The notes beneath the pieces were generated by a model. It saw only the letters and a program-made list of their open reading frames with translations, was not told where the DNA came from and did not search any database. DNA of 64,000 nucleotides, from assembly GCA_003427395.1 (NCBI GenBank), contig BFEA01000011.1, positions 3,975,366 through 4,039,365 on the forward strand, read 5' to 3'. The stretch comes from Chara braunii. Taxonomy: Eukaryota > Plantae > Charophyceae. The stretch's first letter is position 1. Each line of letters starts with the position of its first letter. The translations under genes were made by a program, and so were the position numbers. Shown in pieces: positions 12,600 through 25,666 of the stretch.

Positions 12600-14436
12600 C
12601 TGCGAGCAACATATTTGAAAGAATAACATAAAACTATAAAATTAAGAGCTCATCTAAAGAATATCTATTCAGTTAGCAAAAAAAAAAAAAAAAAAAAAAA
12701 ACATTGTTACTGATTTGTTAGTTATTTAAAAATAATAACAACAATAAATCAGAACATTCAGAACATTCAAAATTCCACATCATCTTGGTGTCTTTTTGTA
12801 AGCCATCATTTTCTGGAAATTGTGTTCTGAAAACACTGCAGTTATCATTGCCCATCCTTCTCTCCTTGTTTTCTCCATTTCTTCTCTTCTTATTCTGTCT
12901 TCTTTCCCCCCCATTCCCCCCCCCTTTCAAAATACATTGTGCATATACATTTTACCCTAGGCTCCCAGCTGGGATGCCCTGGGCACCCTGTTTGGCCGGG
13001 CTGCCCGGACGTGGAAGGACCGGAAATTCCATTCATGGTGGCTGCTTCATATGATGTAAGCTATATGTGCAACCAACCCCTGCATGATGATATATAATGA
13101 TCAACCACTCCCCCCCGTGATGATATCATAAAGGCACTGGTATGCTTTGGGTGGTGGAATACCACAGTTAGAAAAGAAGAAGTTGGGTTGATGCTAATCA
13201 CAGGGGGAAAGAATGTAAGTACAGCTGCATTACAGGTGCCGACTACTGGAAGACAGTGGATCTTGAAGAAATGGTAACGTTCATCGAATTGGACTTGAGG
13301 CATACCTGTACGCGTGCTACTGGAGTCCAATTGGAAGCAGCCCGTGGCTATCCGTACTATGGGTAAGAGTACAAACCCTCCTTTGGTTCGCATTCTACAA
13401 ACATAAGAAGAGTACCAGATCGTGGGAAGTGTGGGCAAGTTCAGGAACAGGGTTTTGGGCATCTGGCTTATGGATGACGTGAGAAAGATGCCTGCCTCTT
13501 CAGCCTTAAAAGCCGCCAAATCTAACATGGCATACCAAGCAGCTACATCAAATCTTTTCCTCACTGCACAAGAGTTATCACCCCTCATCCGACACTAGTC
13601 CTTTATATATAAAACGATTATGGCATCTCCACCAGCGCTAGATGTGATGGGGGAAAAGGGTCTGCAAAGTCCCTGGGGTCCCTGAGTGAGGCTCCTGGTC
13701 GTAGTGAGAACCAGTTCTTGAAACAGAGCTGGAAGTCTCTTTTAAAGGAGACATCCGGTCCTTCTCCCCCTGGCCACGTCACTTCTCCCAGACTCCTAAT
13801 AACTGTATTAAGTTATTAACTGTTAACCAGGAAACCCGACAGTCAAGAGGACTGATGGTGATTAAGGATCCTGCCAGTGGGAGTTTTTGCCCAATGGATA
13901 TCCTTACGTCTGTATGACTAGTACCAGTAGGTAGGGTCAATTTGTATGGATATCCATACGTCTGTATAACTAACTACCTAATGTGCAGGGTCAATTCAGA
14001 CTCGGATACCCAGGAATGAGACCTCAATGCAGAATGACAATTGCCAGAAAGTTCAAAATTATGGGCAATCATTCGAATCATGGGGAGTGGGGACGCCAGA
14101 ACCAGGAGAGAGCCATTGTGTGTGGGGTACTTGCATCATTTCTTTTCGAAACAACGGCGGACGCATCAGGTTTTGAGTTCGCAAAGGTAAAAACAACACA
14201 CGCCAGCAAAGAAAACAGGTGCCTACTTCGAAAAGGAAATTTGGGTCGAAAATTATCCGTTGTGCAGTTTTTTTTCCTTTTTCTTTCCCCACCTGACACC
14301 ACGGCTGATCCTTGTAAATATGAAACCCGGCCTGACACCGCGACCGTTGGTACTTTCATAAAGTTTCATTGCTTTTTCGAACTCAGTGCCTGGTCTCTTT
14401 GCCGGTGTGTGTTTTTTGTGCTTGTTTGATGCTTAA

Positions 14437-14586
14437 ACTACCAGTACTTGGTCCAGCTATCTGCCGCCGGAAAAAATAGAGTCAAAACGTCTCTAGTCAG
14501 ATGAATTTGGGCGATCTGGTAGTGGCCCATACGTTTCCTAAAATTGTAGCTTGTATACGGGTACGGCTTTCGGAAGTACTGGTGGT
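14437..14586. mobile_element. TTAA-family MITE (inverted relative of 52110-52260)
   Basis: TTAA|ACTACCAGTACTT...AAGTACTGGTGGT|ATAA. The internal sequence aligns to the reverse complement of 52110-52260. Confidence 0.85.
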
Positions 14587-14630
14587 ATAAAAGTGACATG
14601 AACGTACTTACGTCTTCCTTCTTTCTTTAC

Positions 14631-14701
14631 CGTGTCATCCTGGTGCAGGGGCCACGCTAATATTCTCTGTTCTCTGTACCGTTCCAATTTCAACGGATGT
14701 C
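14631..14701 (-). pseudogene. U6: U6 snRNA fragment (truncated at both ends, ACAGAGA duplicated)
   Basis: Minus strand GACATCCGTTGAAATTGGAACGGTACAGAGAACAGAGAATATTAGCGTGGCCCCTGCACCAGGATGACACG matches the plant U6 core. Confidence 0.9.
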
Positions 14702-15601
14702 AAACAGTCAAACTGATTGTCATACAATTATCAGATCTGAGATTCCAGGAAGTGAAGTGAAGTAATGCAGGACACCTGAAGGCAGGTATAAAAAGATTCA
14801 CAGATACAAGAACAGCCTTTGAAATACCTGTCGGTATCTGGATGTCAAGGTTAAGTGGTGGCGGAAGTGCGTTTGTGGGAAGAAAGCTGCAGTCTTGGGC
14901 AGAGTGTAAGGCGAACACCCCCTGAGGAGGACTGCTGGGCAGCAGTTGAAAATGTGGCGTCGGGGAGCCATACCTGTTCTCATTCGGTTTGTCATTTATC
15001 ATTTTCAATGGAATTTAGTTCTTCTTCGTTCCAAGCAGAGACAATCATATCTATTGCCGATCTAACTCGAGATTTGTTTCACATACTTGCGCCGCAATTG
15101 TCGCGGCTATGTGTCTCGCGTTCTGGTCAGCTGTGCACTGGCTCGTGCTGTTTTTCTCTCATCTATCCAGATAACTGGACTGTGTTAATGCTTGCTTCCT
15201 CATGTCTGAGCACTCTGCTTTTTTCACAGCATGAGCACTTGCTTTTTTTTACTGCATGAGCACGTGCTTTTTTTACTGCATGAGCACGTGCCTTCTGCAC
15301 GTATCTGGACATATTCAACAGACTAACTAACTCTGTTGCCCGGGACCAAAAAAAATAAAAGTAAGACTCTGACTCCCTGCCATCCGTCCACGGCTGATCA
15401 TCCATCAGACAAGTTGTAGGGGTTCTATCCTTTTCTGATGGACAGACACCCTCCAGTGTTTTTCAGGGAAAAAAAGGCTTGCATGCATGCATCTCTTTGT
15501 AAGAACTCTTTCTCCAAAAGGGTCAGTGAGAGAGAAGGAAAAAAAAACAAAAACAAGACAAAGTAAAACAAAGAAATGGCTTTAAAAAAGGGGACCCTCA
15601 C

Positions 15602-15785
15602 CTTTCCTGGGAAGATGGAGAAAGTGCCGGCCATGGTTCCGTAATACATCTGACCGGTGAGGAGGAAATCGTGTTTGGTCAGTTGCTGACGGAATGCAAC
15701 TGACAGCGGCCCCTGGATGCAGGTGTGCTGAAATATAGTCTGGTTTACGTGCTCGTAGTACTGGAGATCCTCCAGGATCGGAAAC
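15602..15785 (-). CDS. Exon 3 of the alpha2delta/CACHD1-like gene (VWA_N-like region)
   Basis: Acceptor ttttttgtgaaccag| is phase 2. Encodes FPILEDLQYYEHVNQTIFQHTCIQGPLSVAFRQQLTKHDFLLTGQMYYGTMAGTFSIFPGK, resembling the alpha2delta motif WQYFGSxxGxxRxYPG. Donor AAG|GTGAGG is phase 0. 184 nt. Confidence 0.85.
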
Positions 15786-15819
15786 CTGGTTCACAAAAAA
15801 AGTAAATAAATCAGAAAAC

Positions 15820-15857
15820 CTGTCTCTTATACACATCTAGATGTGTATAAGAGACAG
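15820..15857. other. Nextera mate-pair junction adapter (artefact)
   Basis: CTGTCTCTTATACACATCT+AGATGTGTATAAGAGACAG next to a gap. Confidence 0.98.
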
Positions 15858-15984
15858 GTTTTGGACAGTGATGATGAGAGGGTAACCCTAANNNNNNNNN
15901 NNNNNNNNNNNNNNNNNNNNNNCCCTTCTACCCTGCGACAAAAAAACAATTGCCAGAAAAACTGCCTCTGAAACCATTCACACA

Positions 15985-16018
<34 letters not shown>

Positions 16019-17481
16019 CGAGGTGCAGAAGAAAGGAAAACCAGGCCCCTTTGAGCCTACAACCAGAGTTCAACCTCACTGACGAGAACAGGACTCCAGA
16101 CTCTGAGTAGGAATACACAGGGTAAGGGGTTACAACTGGTACCCTTGTACAGCAGAATAAGGGGCCTAAGGGCTCACCCCTTCACTCATCAGGTTCCCTT
16201 TCTTTCTTTCTTTTTTGGGTTAAGTACAGCGCGGTCACGAAAGCAGTTTGTAATTGCATTTTGAACTGCGTTTTAGCACTTTAGTCAGGGCCCGAGTTTC
16301 AAATGCAGTTGAAACTCGGGCTGGCCCTTTTTAGCAGTTCAGTCAACGACGTGGCCCCATTTATTTATTTTATTTTATTTTTCCGTCTGGCGTGGCCGAG
16401 ACATCTCGGCCGTGGCCCCGCTGTCGAGCACATCGGTCCTGCAGGGGGATCCTCCCGGCCGCGTCACGCAGGATTTTGAAGGACTTCTTCCCAGTGGAGC
16501 TTTCGCTGCTCCGGCCGAGCGCGCCAGCCGCACCTCTCGCGAAGTTACACCCCGGCAACAGGATAGGGGCCATGTAAGGCACAACCTACCTCTGCCCAAG
16601 GAGATGTCACCACCCTTGGACAGACGTATCCCCTTCGAGCTACCAAAGCACGTGTGAAAGCTGCTCAGGTGCAATCGCTGACGTGACCCAACCAAGGGTG
16701 TTTCTCGTATGCTGTAGCACAGGGGTACGTGCGGTTGAACACCTTAATCGGACCTGTACACGACTCGACGCTTTGGGGATTGATTTCCCAAGCACAACTC
16801 TGAGCCAGTCGACTAGGACGGTCCATTTAACCACGCGATACACTTCGCAAAAATAAAGTTAACCAAACTTCGTACATAAACCACACTTTGTCCCTTTTTA
16901 CATCGGACCCATAACCTTTGGACGACAAAATAAACGAGTGTCACACGCGGAATTAATGAATAAATATCGCAATGACGTAGGTTTTGTCATATCGACTAGC
17001 CATGCATGAATATGTAAACAGTCATAATGGTGGCATACTATTTGGTGCTTATAATCATGCGGTCCTCAGTGGAAGTGACCCTCAAGTGTCGACTGACACG
17101 CGTTTTGAGGGGTTGATCTCTTGACGCTAGACAATCACGAGTGAGATTGTGCAACCTCCCCTCTTCTGCACACTGTGCGGGAGAGGATATACAAAACATA
17201 GATGTAAACGGGGTTACAGAACACGAGGCGATCAGTTTCAAAATCACAGTGTGACTCCCTTCAAAATATACACATGATCGCAGGGAATTCAAATCTGGAC
17301 TTCAACTCACAAAACATACATGCAATCAAACCAAAGATTCAACATCGCCAGACCAAGCACTACATAAGTTCACCTTCAACCACTATTTGTACTCATACCC
17401 CTTGCCTTATCCACACAAGCCCCAACCTTCCAAAAGAAAACACTCGGTCTTTTTTGAATGGTCATTTGATAAAAGTCCGAG

Positions 17482-17854
17482 TTGCGTAGCATCATGTTTG
17501 CGTTCGGAGCCGAACCCGGACATGTTCGCCCGAACGCAAACTAATATCCAAGAACCTCCGAACGCGAACATAAAAATATATTTAAAAAAAAAACAAATCC
17601 CAGCAAAATATAAACAAAATATATATGTCATGTAAGACAACAACACAAGGAGTTTTTGTCACGAATCATGTTCAAATTCTTAGCCAAATGTGAGTTAAAA
17701 ATAAAAAACCGGAAGCAAAAAAAATAATTTCATTTTATTTTTTACGAAAAAAAAATTATGTTCGTCCGAATACGTTTACGAGTTGTTCGTACGAACGCGC
17801 GAACACGTCCGCACAAACATGGAGGGGCGTGAACACGTTCGCTGTGCTACCTAG
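17482..17854. mobile_element. hAT-like MITE
   Basis: TIR (C/T)TRCGTAGCA...TGCTACCTAG. 8-bp TSD agtccgag/agtccggg. Same family as 20766-21105. Confidence 0.85.
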
Positions 17855-18149
17855 AGTCCGGGTAAAAACCCAAAAGAAACAACGCAACTCACAGGGGCTA
17901 AGACCATAGGTTGAGTAGCGAGAATGAGTTGGAATTTAGCCGGAAAATCGACCTGTTATCAAAATATAACAAAATACGATCCTCATAGGATCGTGTTGAG
18001 ACTAATGTGGTCTTGAAACAAAGTAACCAAGGAGGGTCTGTAACACAACACATGCCAATTCCCAAAGCTAAATTTAAGTGCACGGAGGATAAACCCCTAT
18101 GCTACATCTCACTTCAATTTATCATAAAACTAAGTTTAAACTTAGCTCT

Positions 18150-18830
18150 ATATGATATAAGAGATTAGAGAAAATTTCTAGAGCATCTCCCCTGTACAGG
18201 GTACTTTGTCCAAGTTTTTCCTTCTAAATATAATCCAACTCCTTGGAACTAGGAAAATTTCGGCAGCACTCCCTCTAGAGAAAGTATGTTTTCAGACTTC
18301 ATAATCAAATAGATACGAGATTAAAGAACAACTTTTTGACTTTACAGAGTCCAATTTTGTCTTACTCTCTGATTTAGTAGAAATTATGGCAGAATTTCCT
18401 CTAGAAAAGTAAGCTTCTTAAACTTATATTAAGCCATGTATAAACGTTAAGACAAAATTTGAGCTCTGCTAACACAAAAATTCAACCCTTTAGTTTTGTA
18501 AAAATTTCAGCAGCGCTCCCCCCAACGAAGTGTCTTCCCAAAATTTGTATAAAGCTAAATATAAATTCTAAAACTAATTTTGCCTTTACAAAGTCAAAAT
18601 TTTGTCTAACTCCTTGATTTAGCAAAACAATTGGTAGCACTCCTTTAGAAAAGTAAGTTTTTTATGTTTATACTAAATCAGATAATAAACTCGGACAAAA
18701 GTTAAACTTTGTAAAGAAAATTTTTTTACTAACTCCTTGGATTTTTAAAAAATTGGGCGGCACTTCCTTTAGCCAAAATATCTTTTCAAAATTTATACAA
18801 AGCCAAATATGATAAATAAACTTAAACTCT
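18150..18830. repeat. Degenerate AT-rich tandem repeat, unit about 120-125 bp
   Basis: Recurrent aactccttg..aaaattt..gcagcactcc. Confidence 0.65.
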
Positions 18831-18996
18831 GAAAATATAAGTTGAACTAACTTTTATAGCTCCAGCACATGACGAGCATGTAATGCAACTACCTATCAGA
18901 AGATAACTCAAATTAGACTTACAATCAAAGCGACACATACAACCAAAGTAAGTCTTTCACCAAAATCTCAATTAACTACCATTTCGTTAAAATGAA

Positions 18997-19317
18997 TTTT
19001 TTTATTTTTTTTTTACGAAATTGAAACTGAGTTTTTTCAACGTTTTTTTGTAGAAAACTCGTCTAAATTTGCTGATCCAAAGGGTTCGACATTTTTAAAA
19101 CGCTGGACTCCCTGGATGTATCAGGACTAAGCTTGAGACCAGATACATCCAGGGGGGACCGCCTGGATGTATCTCGTCTCAAGCTAGGTCCAGATACATA
19201 CAGGGAGTCCAACGTTTTAAAAACGCTGGACCCTCAAGAGCAGCAAATTTAGACAAAGTTTTCGACCAAAAAAATTGAAAAAACTCAGTTTCAATTTCGT
19301 TCAAAAAATAAAAAATG
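18997..19317. repeat. 320-bp palindrome (foldback) centred near 19156
   Basis: Arms are mutually reverse-complementary around ccagg-ggggaccg-cctgg. Confidence 0.85.
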
Positions 19318-19626
19318 TCCATCATGCAAGTAGTTGGTTAAACCCTAAGGTGATTAACCTTTTATCCCATCTTACATAGGGCATTGAATTAGGTTATTCA
19401 TCTTAGAAACAATGTCAAACTCTTCGCCTTAGTTATACACGAACAAGTTGCACAACTACTTTTTTCTTCATTGGACATGTTACTAGACCATTCATCCTTA
19501 AAACAATGTCTAATCGACCATGAACTGTTTCATAGTCAAGTTATATGTACCTCTCTAAGCTGGATGTTCAAAGTGAGCGTACGATTGAACCATTCATCTT
19601 AGAAATAATATCCGACTGACCTTGTT

Positions 19627-19693
<67 letters not shown>

Positions 19694-19866
19694 TAAACAT
19701 ATAAAGAGTTTTATTCCCAATTCTTATTAAATGTGTGTAACATTAGGCTGAACCATTCATCTTAGAAACAATGTCTATTTTTTTACTTGAACCTCCCTCA
19801 GAAGAAACATCCAAAAGAATTCAGTCATTCATCTTAGAAACAAAGCTCAACCTTTTTTCTCAGTAC

Positions 19867-20514
19867 CTGGCTAGCACCCCGTACGCGTACGCGTACGTAC
19901 TCCAGCGTACACATACGAACCCAAAATCGTGTGTACACGTACGTAAAAAAAAAAAAAAANNNNNNNNNNNNNNNNNNNNNNNNNNNNNNNNNNNNNNNNN
20001 NNNNNNNNNNNNNNNNNNNNNNNNNNNNNNNNNNNNNNNNNNNNNNNNNNNNNNNNNNNNNNNNNNNNNNNNNNNNNNNNNNNNNNNNNNNNNNNNNNNN
20101 NNNNNNNNNNNNNNNNNNNNNNNNNNNNNNNNNNNNNNNNNNNNNNNNNNNNNNNNNNNNNNNNNNNNNNNNNNNNNNNNNNNNNNNNNNNNNNNNNNNN
20201 NNNNNNNNNNNNNNNNNNNNNNNNNNNNNNNNNNNNNNNNNNNNNNNNNNNNNNNNNNNNNNNNNNNNNNNNNNNNNNNNNNNNNNNNNNNNNNNNNNNN
20301 NNNNNNNNNAGACAAAAGTTGTTTGAAATGTCATTTTGCATAACATACTTTGTTTTCGGATTTTTTCGATGTTTTTTTTTTTTTTTTTTTTTTTTTTTAA
20401 CGTATTCCCACGTATGGGAGTACATGTATGCGCGTACGTGTCGCGTATAGGAATACGTTTACGCGTGTACGCCTAATCCGCGTACACGTACGCTGTGCTA
20501 CAAAAAAAAAACAG
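19867..20514. mobile_element. Related MITE with GTACGC subterminal repeats (gapped)
   Basis: TAGCAC...GTGCTAC ends with palindromic CGTACG arrays. TSD unclear. Confidence 0.55.
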
Positions 20515-20765
20515 AGTACTCTATGACATTCATATGAGAAACAATGTCAGAGCCTGTCGAGAAATCATCCTAAAATAAACAGCCGCCAAACCATTCATCT
20601 TTGAAACAAAGTCTAACCCTTTTTAGGACTCAATCAATCGCATGTAATACCACATTCCTCCCACCTTCCCTCAGTTCATCTTTCTTTGTCTGAATTTAAA
20701 CAACAAAAATGGTAGATATATTTCACGCATGCATTCTCTTTACTTAATCTAGATTAAGTCTTGAA

Positions 20766-21105
20766 CTACGTAGCACCGTGTTTGCGTTCAGAGGCGAACG
20801 CGAACACGTTCGCTCGAATGCGAACAAGCGGCCAAAAACCTCCGAACGTGAACATAAAAAAAAAAAAAAAAAATTCTCAGACAAATTTGAAAACATATAT
20901 GTTATGTAAAATAACAATACAAACAATTTTTGCCTTGGAGTCATATTCAAATTCGTAGCCAATCATGAGTTAAAAATCGAAAAAATATTTTTTTCTTTAA
21001 TTTTTTTTTTTACGAAAAAAAAAAAGTTCGCCTGAACATGTTCGCGAGTTGTTCACGAAACACGCAAACGTGAAGGGGCGCAAACACGTTCGCCGTGCTA
21101 CGCAG
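20766..21105. mobile_element. hAT-like MITE
   Basis: TIR CTACGTAGCAC...GTGCTACGCAG. Imperfect 8-bp TSD gtcttgaa/gttatgaa. Confidence 0.85.
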
Positions 21106-23741
21106 GTTATGAACAAAAAGATAAGTCCATTGGGACACATGCACACATAGTAGACAAAGTATAGTGGTGTACTTTAATAAGGGAAGTGACATACACAAAG
21201 AAAGAGGTTTACCTTAAAGTTCTCTATCTCCAGAACCTCGCCCAGGCTCCGACAGAGCTCCCGAAATCGGTGGGCCAAACCTCCCACAAAGGCCTTGACG
21301 CGGATTACGCGTTTCCGATCTCGCCTGCCACCTTCCTCTCCGGACCAATGGACTACACTGAGAGTAAGAAGGACATAAAGAGAAAGATATAGGCACTCAG
21401 ATACAAGAGAGGTGCTCTTCGATCCGCGTGAGAGGGTCTTGTTGCCTTGAGGCGCCTGAGGGCCCCATAATGGTGGCCAAAAATCGTTGTAGGACTCGGA
21501 GGGTCAAAACACAACCAAAACACATAGAGAAACAACACCCTGACCGACCTCCAAGTCACTGCGGTATCTCCCCTTGAAAGCTTGGTATCCCCTCATATCA
21601 AAATGTCGCTACGCACCCTGGAGAGGCCACGTTTTAATAGAGCACATCCTTGTGCTTGATTCGGAAACTTAGACAAATTTAAATGCAACAGAAACTCCGC
21701 AAGAGACTATATGCTTAGCAACCGTGCGCTGCGGTGCGCAATATTACGACACCATCGCAATACACAATATAAAAAACAGCATGTCAGAGTGTTGCACAAC
21801 AATAACTCTGAGTCAGCGGTATACTGTGTGAAGCATAGCAACGCAATGTTGCCCTTTGTCTCGCCCAGCAGGCGCCCAGCAAGAACTCGGCTGCACTAAA
21901 AGCGCAACAACAGCTTCGCAAATAGCAACAACAATCTCTACGTTGTCTCAATGACAACGTGCTGCGAAGGTTAACAGTCGTACTCGAAAGCATAGCAGTA
22001 ATAACCTTGCAGCAACCACAAGTTACGGTTCGAAAAACAATTCTTGCAGCGATTCCAACTTCAAACTCTACCGTAGGTCGGACCCGTAGACTGAAGTGCT
22101 CAAACGTACTTGCAGCGAACCTTATGGTCCAGAGTCTGTAATAACGGTAACAATACCGCCGTAGTAACTAATGACAGCAGCTACCTCAACCCAACAGCCA
22201 ACGATTCAACGAATGTACCTAGATTCAAGTTTTAATCTGTATTTTAGAAATTCAAAAAGATACCACACTAGCTACCACCCGCCACGAGCAGTCAGCACGA
22301 TCACCGCATGCATCGACACTGTCACAAGCAGCAAAACGCTCACGATCAGCACCTATAACCATAACGGCCAATAACGTTGATATCACTCCATTATTCACTA
22401 AAGTGTGTAACACAAAAGCGAATCTTCTGCTAGAACAGGAAAAAGTACACAGTCGATTTTACTGCCTCTCAGCTAGTTCCTTTACACAGATAATAGGTAA
22501 GTCCGAACAGGTAGGTCCGACTATGCTACCAACTCCTTCATCCCTTCTCCTTACTCTTGTCGTCTCCCTTATCCCTGTGCACCTTACTAACCTTCTGGTC
22601 ATGTTCATACCCCCCTTCAAGCACAATGATAACTACGGTTCAGGCGACAACTTCAAAACGGTAACAGACACGACGAGCATTTGAGTACACTACGAACGCC
22701 TTGAAACCGACCACCACCACGACAAATGAGGAGCTCTCCTTGAGAATGAAGAACCCACGACGAAGAACGAAGGCACGCATGAAGGAGATCAACTGTGCGG
22801 GGTCGGTATCACCATGCAGGAGGACATGCGGAATTGCAAAAGCAAGTTGGAGGCGCCATTAACCAGATTTGCAGAACGAGTCTGAACCTTCCGCTAGGAC
22901 ATGGGAAGGGGCAACTTCTGCTAACGGCCTTGTAGACGAGCACCCTGAGTATGGTCGCCTCAATGGTCAGGAACTTTGATCATGGTGATCACGACAAGCA
23001 CGATTACCGAGCACGAGACTCGGATCCACCCTCCATTATTGCGTAAGACAAGAGTGGATTTCCCACTAGAAAAACAGGAAGGTTCATGCCCGATCCTCCG
23101 TCCCCTCCATCTCCCACGCGCAGCCTTTTACAGCCCATACCACCTAGGCAGCCGTTGTGAATCAAAATCTGCATGCACCATCCAACTCGCCTTGTGTCGT
23201 AACCCCAAGATCGACACCTTCCTCGCTCGTTTTCGTTGGGAAACGAGCGTGATGCAATTTCTACTCTCGCCCTTTCTCATTTCTTTCTCCTTCCTCAACT
23301 CCCCCGTGCACGCCTTATCTCTCCCTTCTCCTATTCTACTCCTCCAACCACGTTCTAAGTGCAAATTTAGAGTCGCAGAGGTCCAAGACCTCATAATCGA
23401 GCCTTACACCATCCGATTCTACTAAGAAACAGGGGAGGTATGACTCTCTTTTCACCACTACGCCTCCCTCCTCCTTTGAATGTACCTAACGCGTTAGCCC
23501 CTGAGATGATCATCACAGTCTACGAAAACCTCTGGGATCCATAATGACGTCCTCCGCAGCCTTCGCAACTACGAAGATGCCCAAGCTGCTGTGAAGAGGA
23601 GTGTCGCTCATCTTCACCCTTCCTCTCTTCGTTTTGATAGCCCACTCCGCTTCCCGTAGCACAGCCACTTAGCACATGGTCTGATCGAAACGTGAAGTGG
23701 AAAAGTGTGAATGAAACAACAACAACAACAACAACAACAAC

Positions 23742-23818
23742 AAAAAGCTCGGACCATTTCTCGATTTATGTGTGTCATCCTCGCGCTGGGGCCATGCTAA
23801 TCTTCTTTGTATCGTTCC
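23742..23818 (-). pseudogene. U6: 5'-truncated U6 snRNA copy followed by a (GTT)9 tail
   Basis: Minus strand GGAACGATACAAAGAAGATTAGCATGGCCCCAGCGCGAGGATGACACACATAAATCGAGAAATGGTCCGAGCTTTTT, then (GTT)n. Confidence 0.92.
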
Positions 23819-24112
23819 GAAGGATGAGGAAGGGTCGAAGCACCATGGCAACCACCAGACAGCCAAGCGGCCCAGGCAAAATCAGACGTATGTTATTCTA
23901 TCATCTGACCGTATCTGGATTTGAACTTAGGCCTGTATTTCAACAGTTCAGAGGAGACCTTAGGCCTGTATTTCAACAGTTCAGAGGAGAACTTAGGCCT
24001 GTATTTCAACAGTTCAGAGGAGTACCAACTGATCCAGGGCAGTTGGTTCGTTCACCGCCGGTGCCAGTTCCCAGCACCCGACCACACAGCGGCGCGCTAA
24101 GCTGTTAACAGC

Positions 24113-24315
24113 TCCTGCTATCCTGTGGGAACTTTCAGAGGAAACCAGCTACTAGACAGTTCGATTAGTCTTTAGCCCCTATACCCAGTCCGACGAATGA
24201 TTTGCACGTCAGTATCGCTGCGAACCTCCACCAGAGTTCCTTCAGGCCTTTCCCTGCTCAAGCATAGCCCACCATCTTTGAGGTCCCAAAGGACATGCTC
24301 ATACGCATACCTCTC
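24113..24315 (-). pseudogene. Diverged 25S/28S rRNA fragment
   Basis: Plus strand ...GCTATCCTG..ACCAGCTACTAGA..GTTCGATTAGTCTTTAGCCCCTATACCC..GATTTGCACGTCAGTATCGC..CCTCCACCAGAG is the antisense of a conserved LSU core region. Confidence 0.9.
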
Positions 24316-25666
24316 ATAGCAAATTGTGAGAGGCGGACAGTGCACTCGCAATTGCACTGTCCCTATCAAACTCCCCATCTGGCTCTAGTAGAGTTTGACT
24401 CGGGCCTGTATTTCAACAGTCCATGGGTGTAAACTCCGCTAGGCTCTTGGGTTACATGACCAGCCCCGAAACCAGTTGTAGGGGCCATGCCAGTCTTCTC
24501 TGTATCATTTCAATTTAATGGATGTCCTGAAGGACTACCTCGCGAGGTGACGGCCTTGAGAATCTGATATCATCGCCGAACTGGCCAACCGTCGTTACCA
24601 GCCCCGAAAACGGGACTAAAATAATGAAACAAAAATAGGTAAAGCAATAAAGATAGGTAAGAAATAAAAAAATAGAATATGAGGTTGCATAGAAAAAGAA
24701 CTGACGAGGGGATAGTGGGGGTTGTTGGTACGTCCCTGTGCCCACCGATTGGGTCCGCGGCCAGGACCTGGCGACAAAACCAAGGGGAATAGCCCTGCCG
24801 GGCCCTCCACCCCTCAGTCCTTTTTACGCAGCTCCTTCACTCCCTTGTCGCCAGGTGCTGGTCTCGATCCCCGAACCTGCCTGCTGAGAGTCCCATATCG
24901 TAACAAATAGTCCTAGGCCCAAAGCCGAGATTAGCCCCTGCAAAATTCGCAGCCAGGAGGCTGCGCTTGTGTGGGTTCCATTTTCGTCGTTTCATGTTCT
25001 TTCTATTTTCGGTAAGATCGTGCAGTACAGCTTGGCTAGGACGTGTTCGTTTGGGGTCTCCGACAGCAGAAAATAGGGTCCGGTCGCAGTCGTCCCTAAG
25101 ACCGGTTGTAGGGCAGGTTATCTTGTTGAGGTCGTTGCAATTTAGTATAGGTCGCCGTCCGTTGTTTCCCTTTTGAGGGATAGAGTTTTTTTCCGTTGCA
25201 AACTGGGGGCGGGCGATATGGGTCTGCGCAGGCTATTTGGGTCTGTTTTGTTTTTTTTCTCTTCTACTGCATCTCCCAAGAAATACAGTATGGAGGCATT
25301 CTGCTGTTTACCGCGACCAAGTAACGAAATCTAGAACGGACTGCCCTGCCTTGTTGGCAGGGCTTACTAAGGAAAGGAAAGAAAAGAAAAACGTACTGAC
25401 TTTCAGAAAAAAAAAGAAGAAAAAACGTACTTACCTTTGCCACGAGAGCTGTGGAAATCAAGGGCCTTGCTCCACTACCGACCAAATGTGCAAAATGAGC
25501 ATGAATCTTCTGGTAGAACATAGGTAGATGCACTGCTAGTAATTTAGAGCTTGAAATGCCCTTTTTCCTGGCCGCGTGTGGGGTGGTACAGCCCTCAGCA
25601 GCTTGCTCTTCGTTTTTCCGTATTTTTTTTCCCCCTCTCCTGCGATCGAAGAATCTGGGCTCCATC

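Noticed and set aside
13061-13588. 175-aa ORF inside intron 3
   Set aside because: No recognisable domain, and exons 3 and 4 join in frame without it.
14590-14631. Spliceosomal intron inside U6 (GT immediately after GATGACACG)
   Set aside because: The missing U6 3' segment was not found downstream, and the U6 piece is itself mutated.
15820-15857. Tn5 mosaic ends suggesting a bacterial transposon or horizontal transfer
   Set aside because: Back-to-back mosaic ends beside gaps are the Nextera mate-pair junction adapter (also at 61372-61409).
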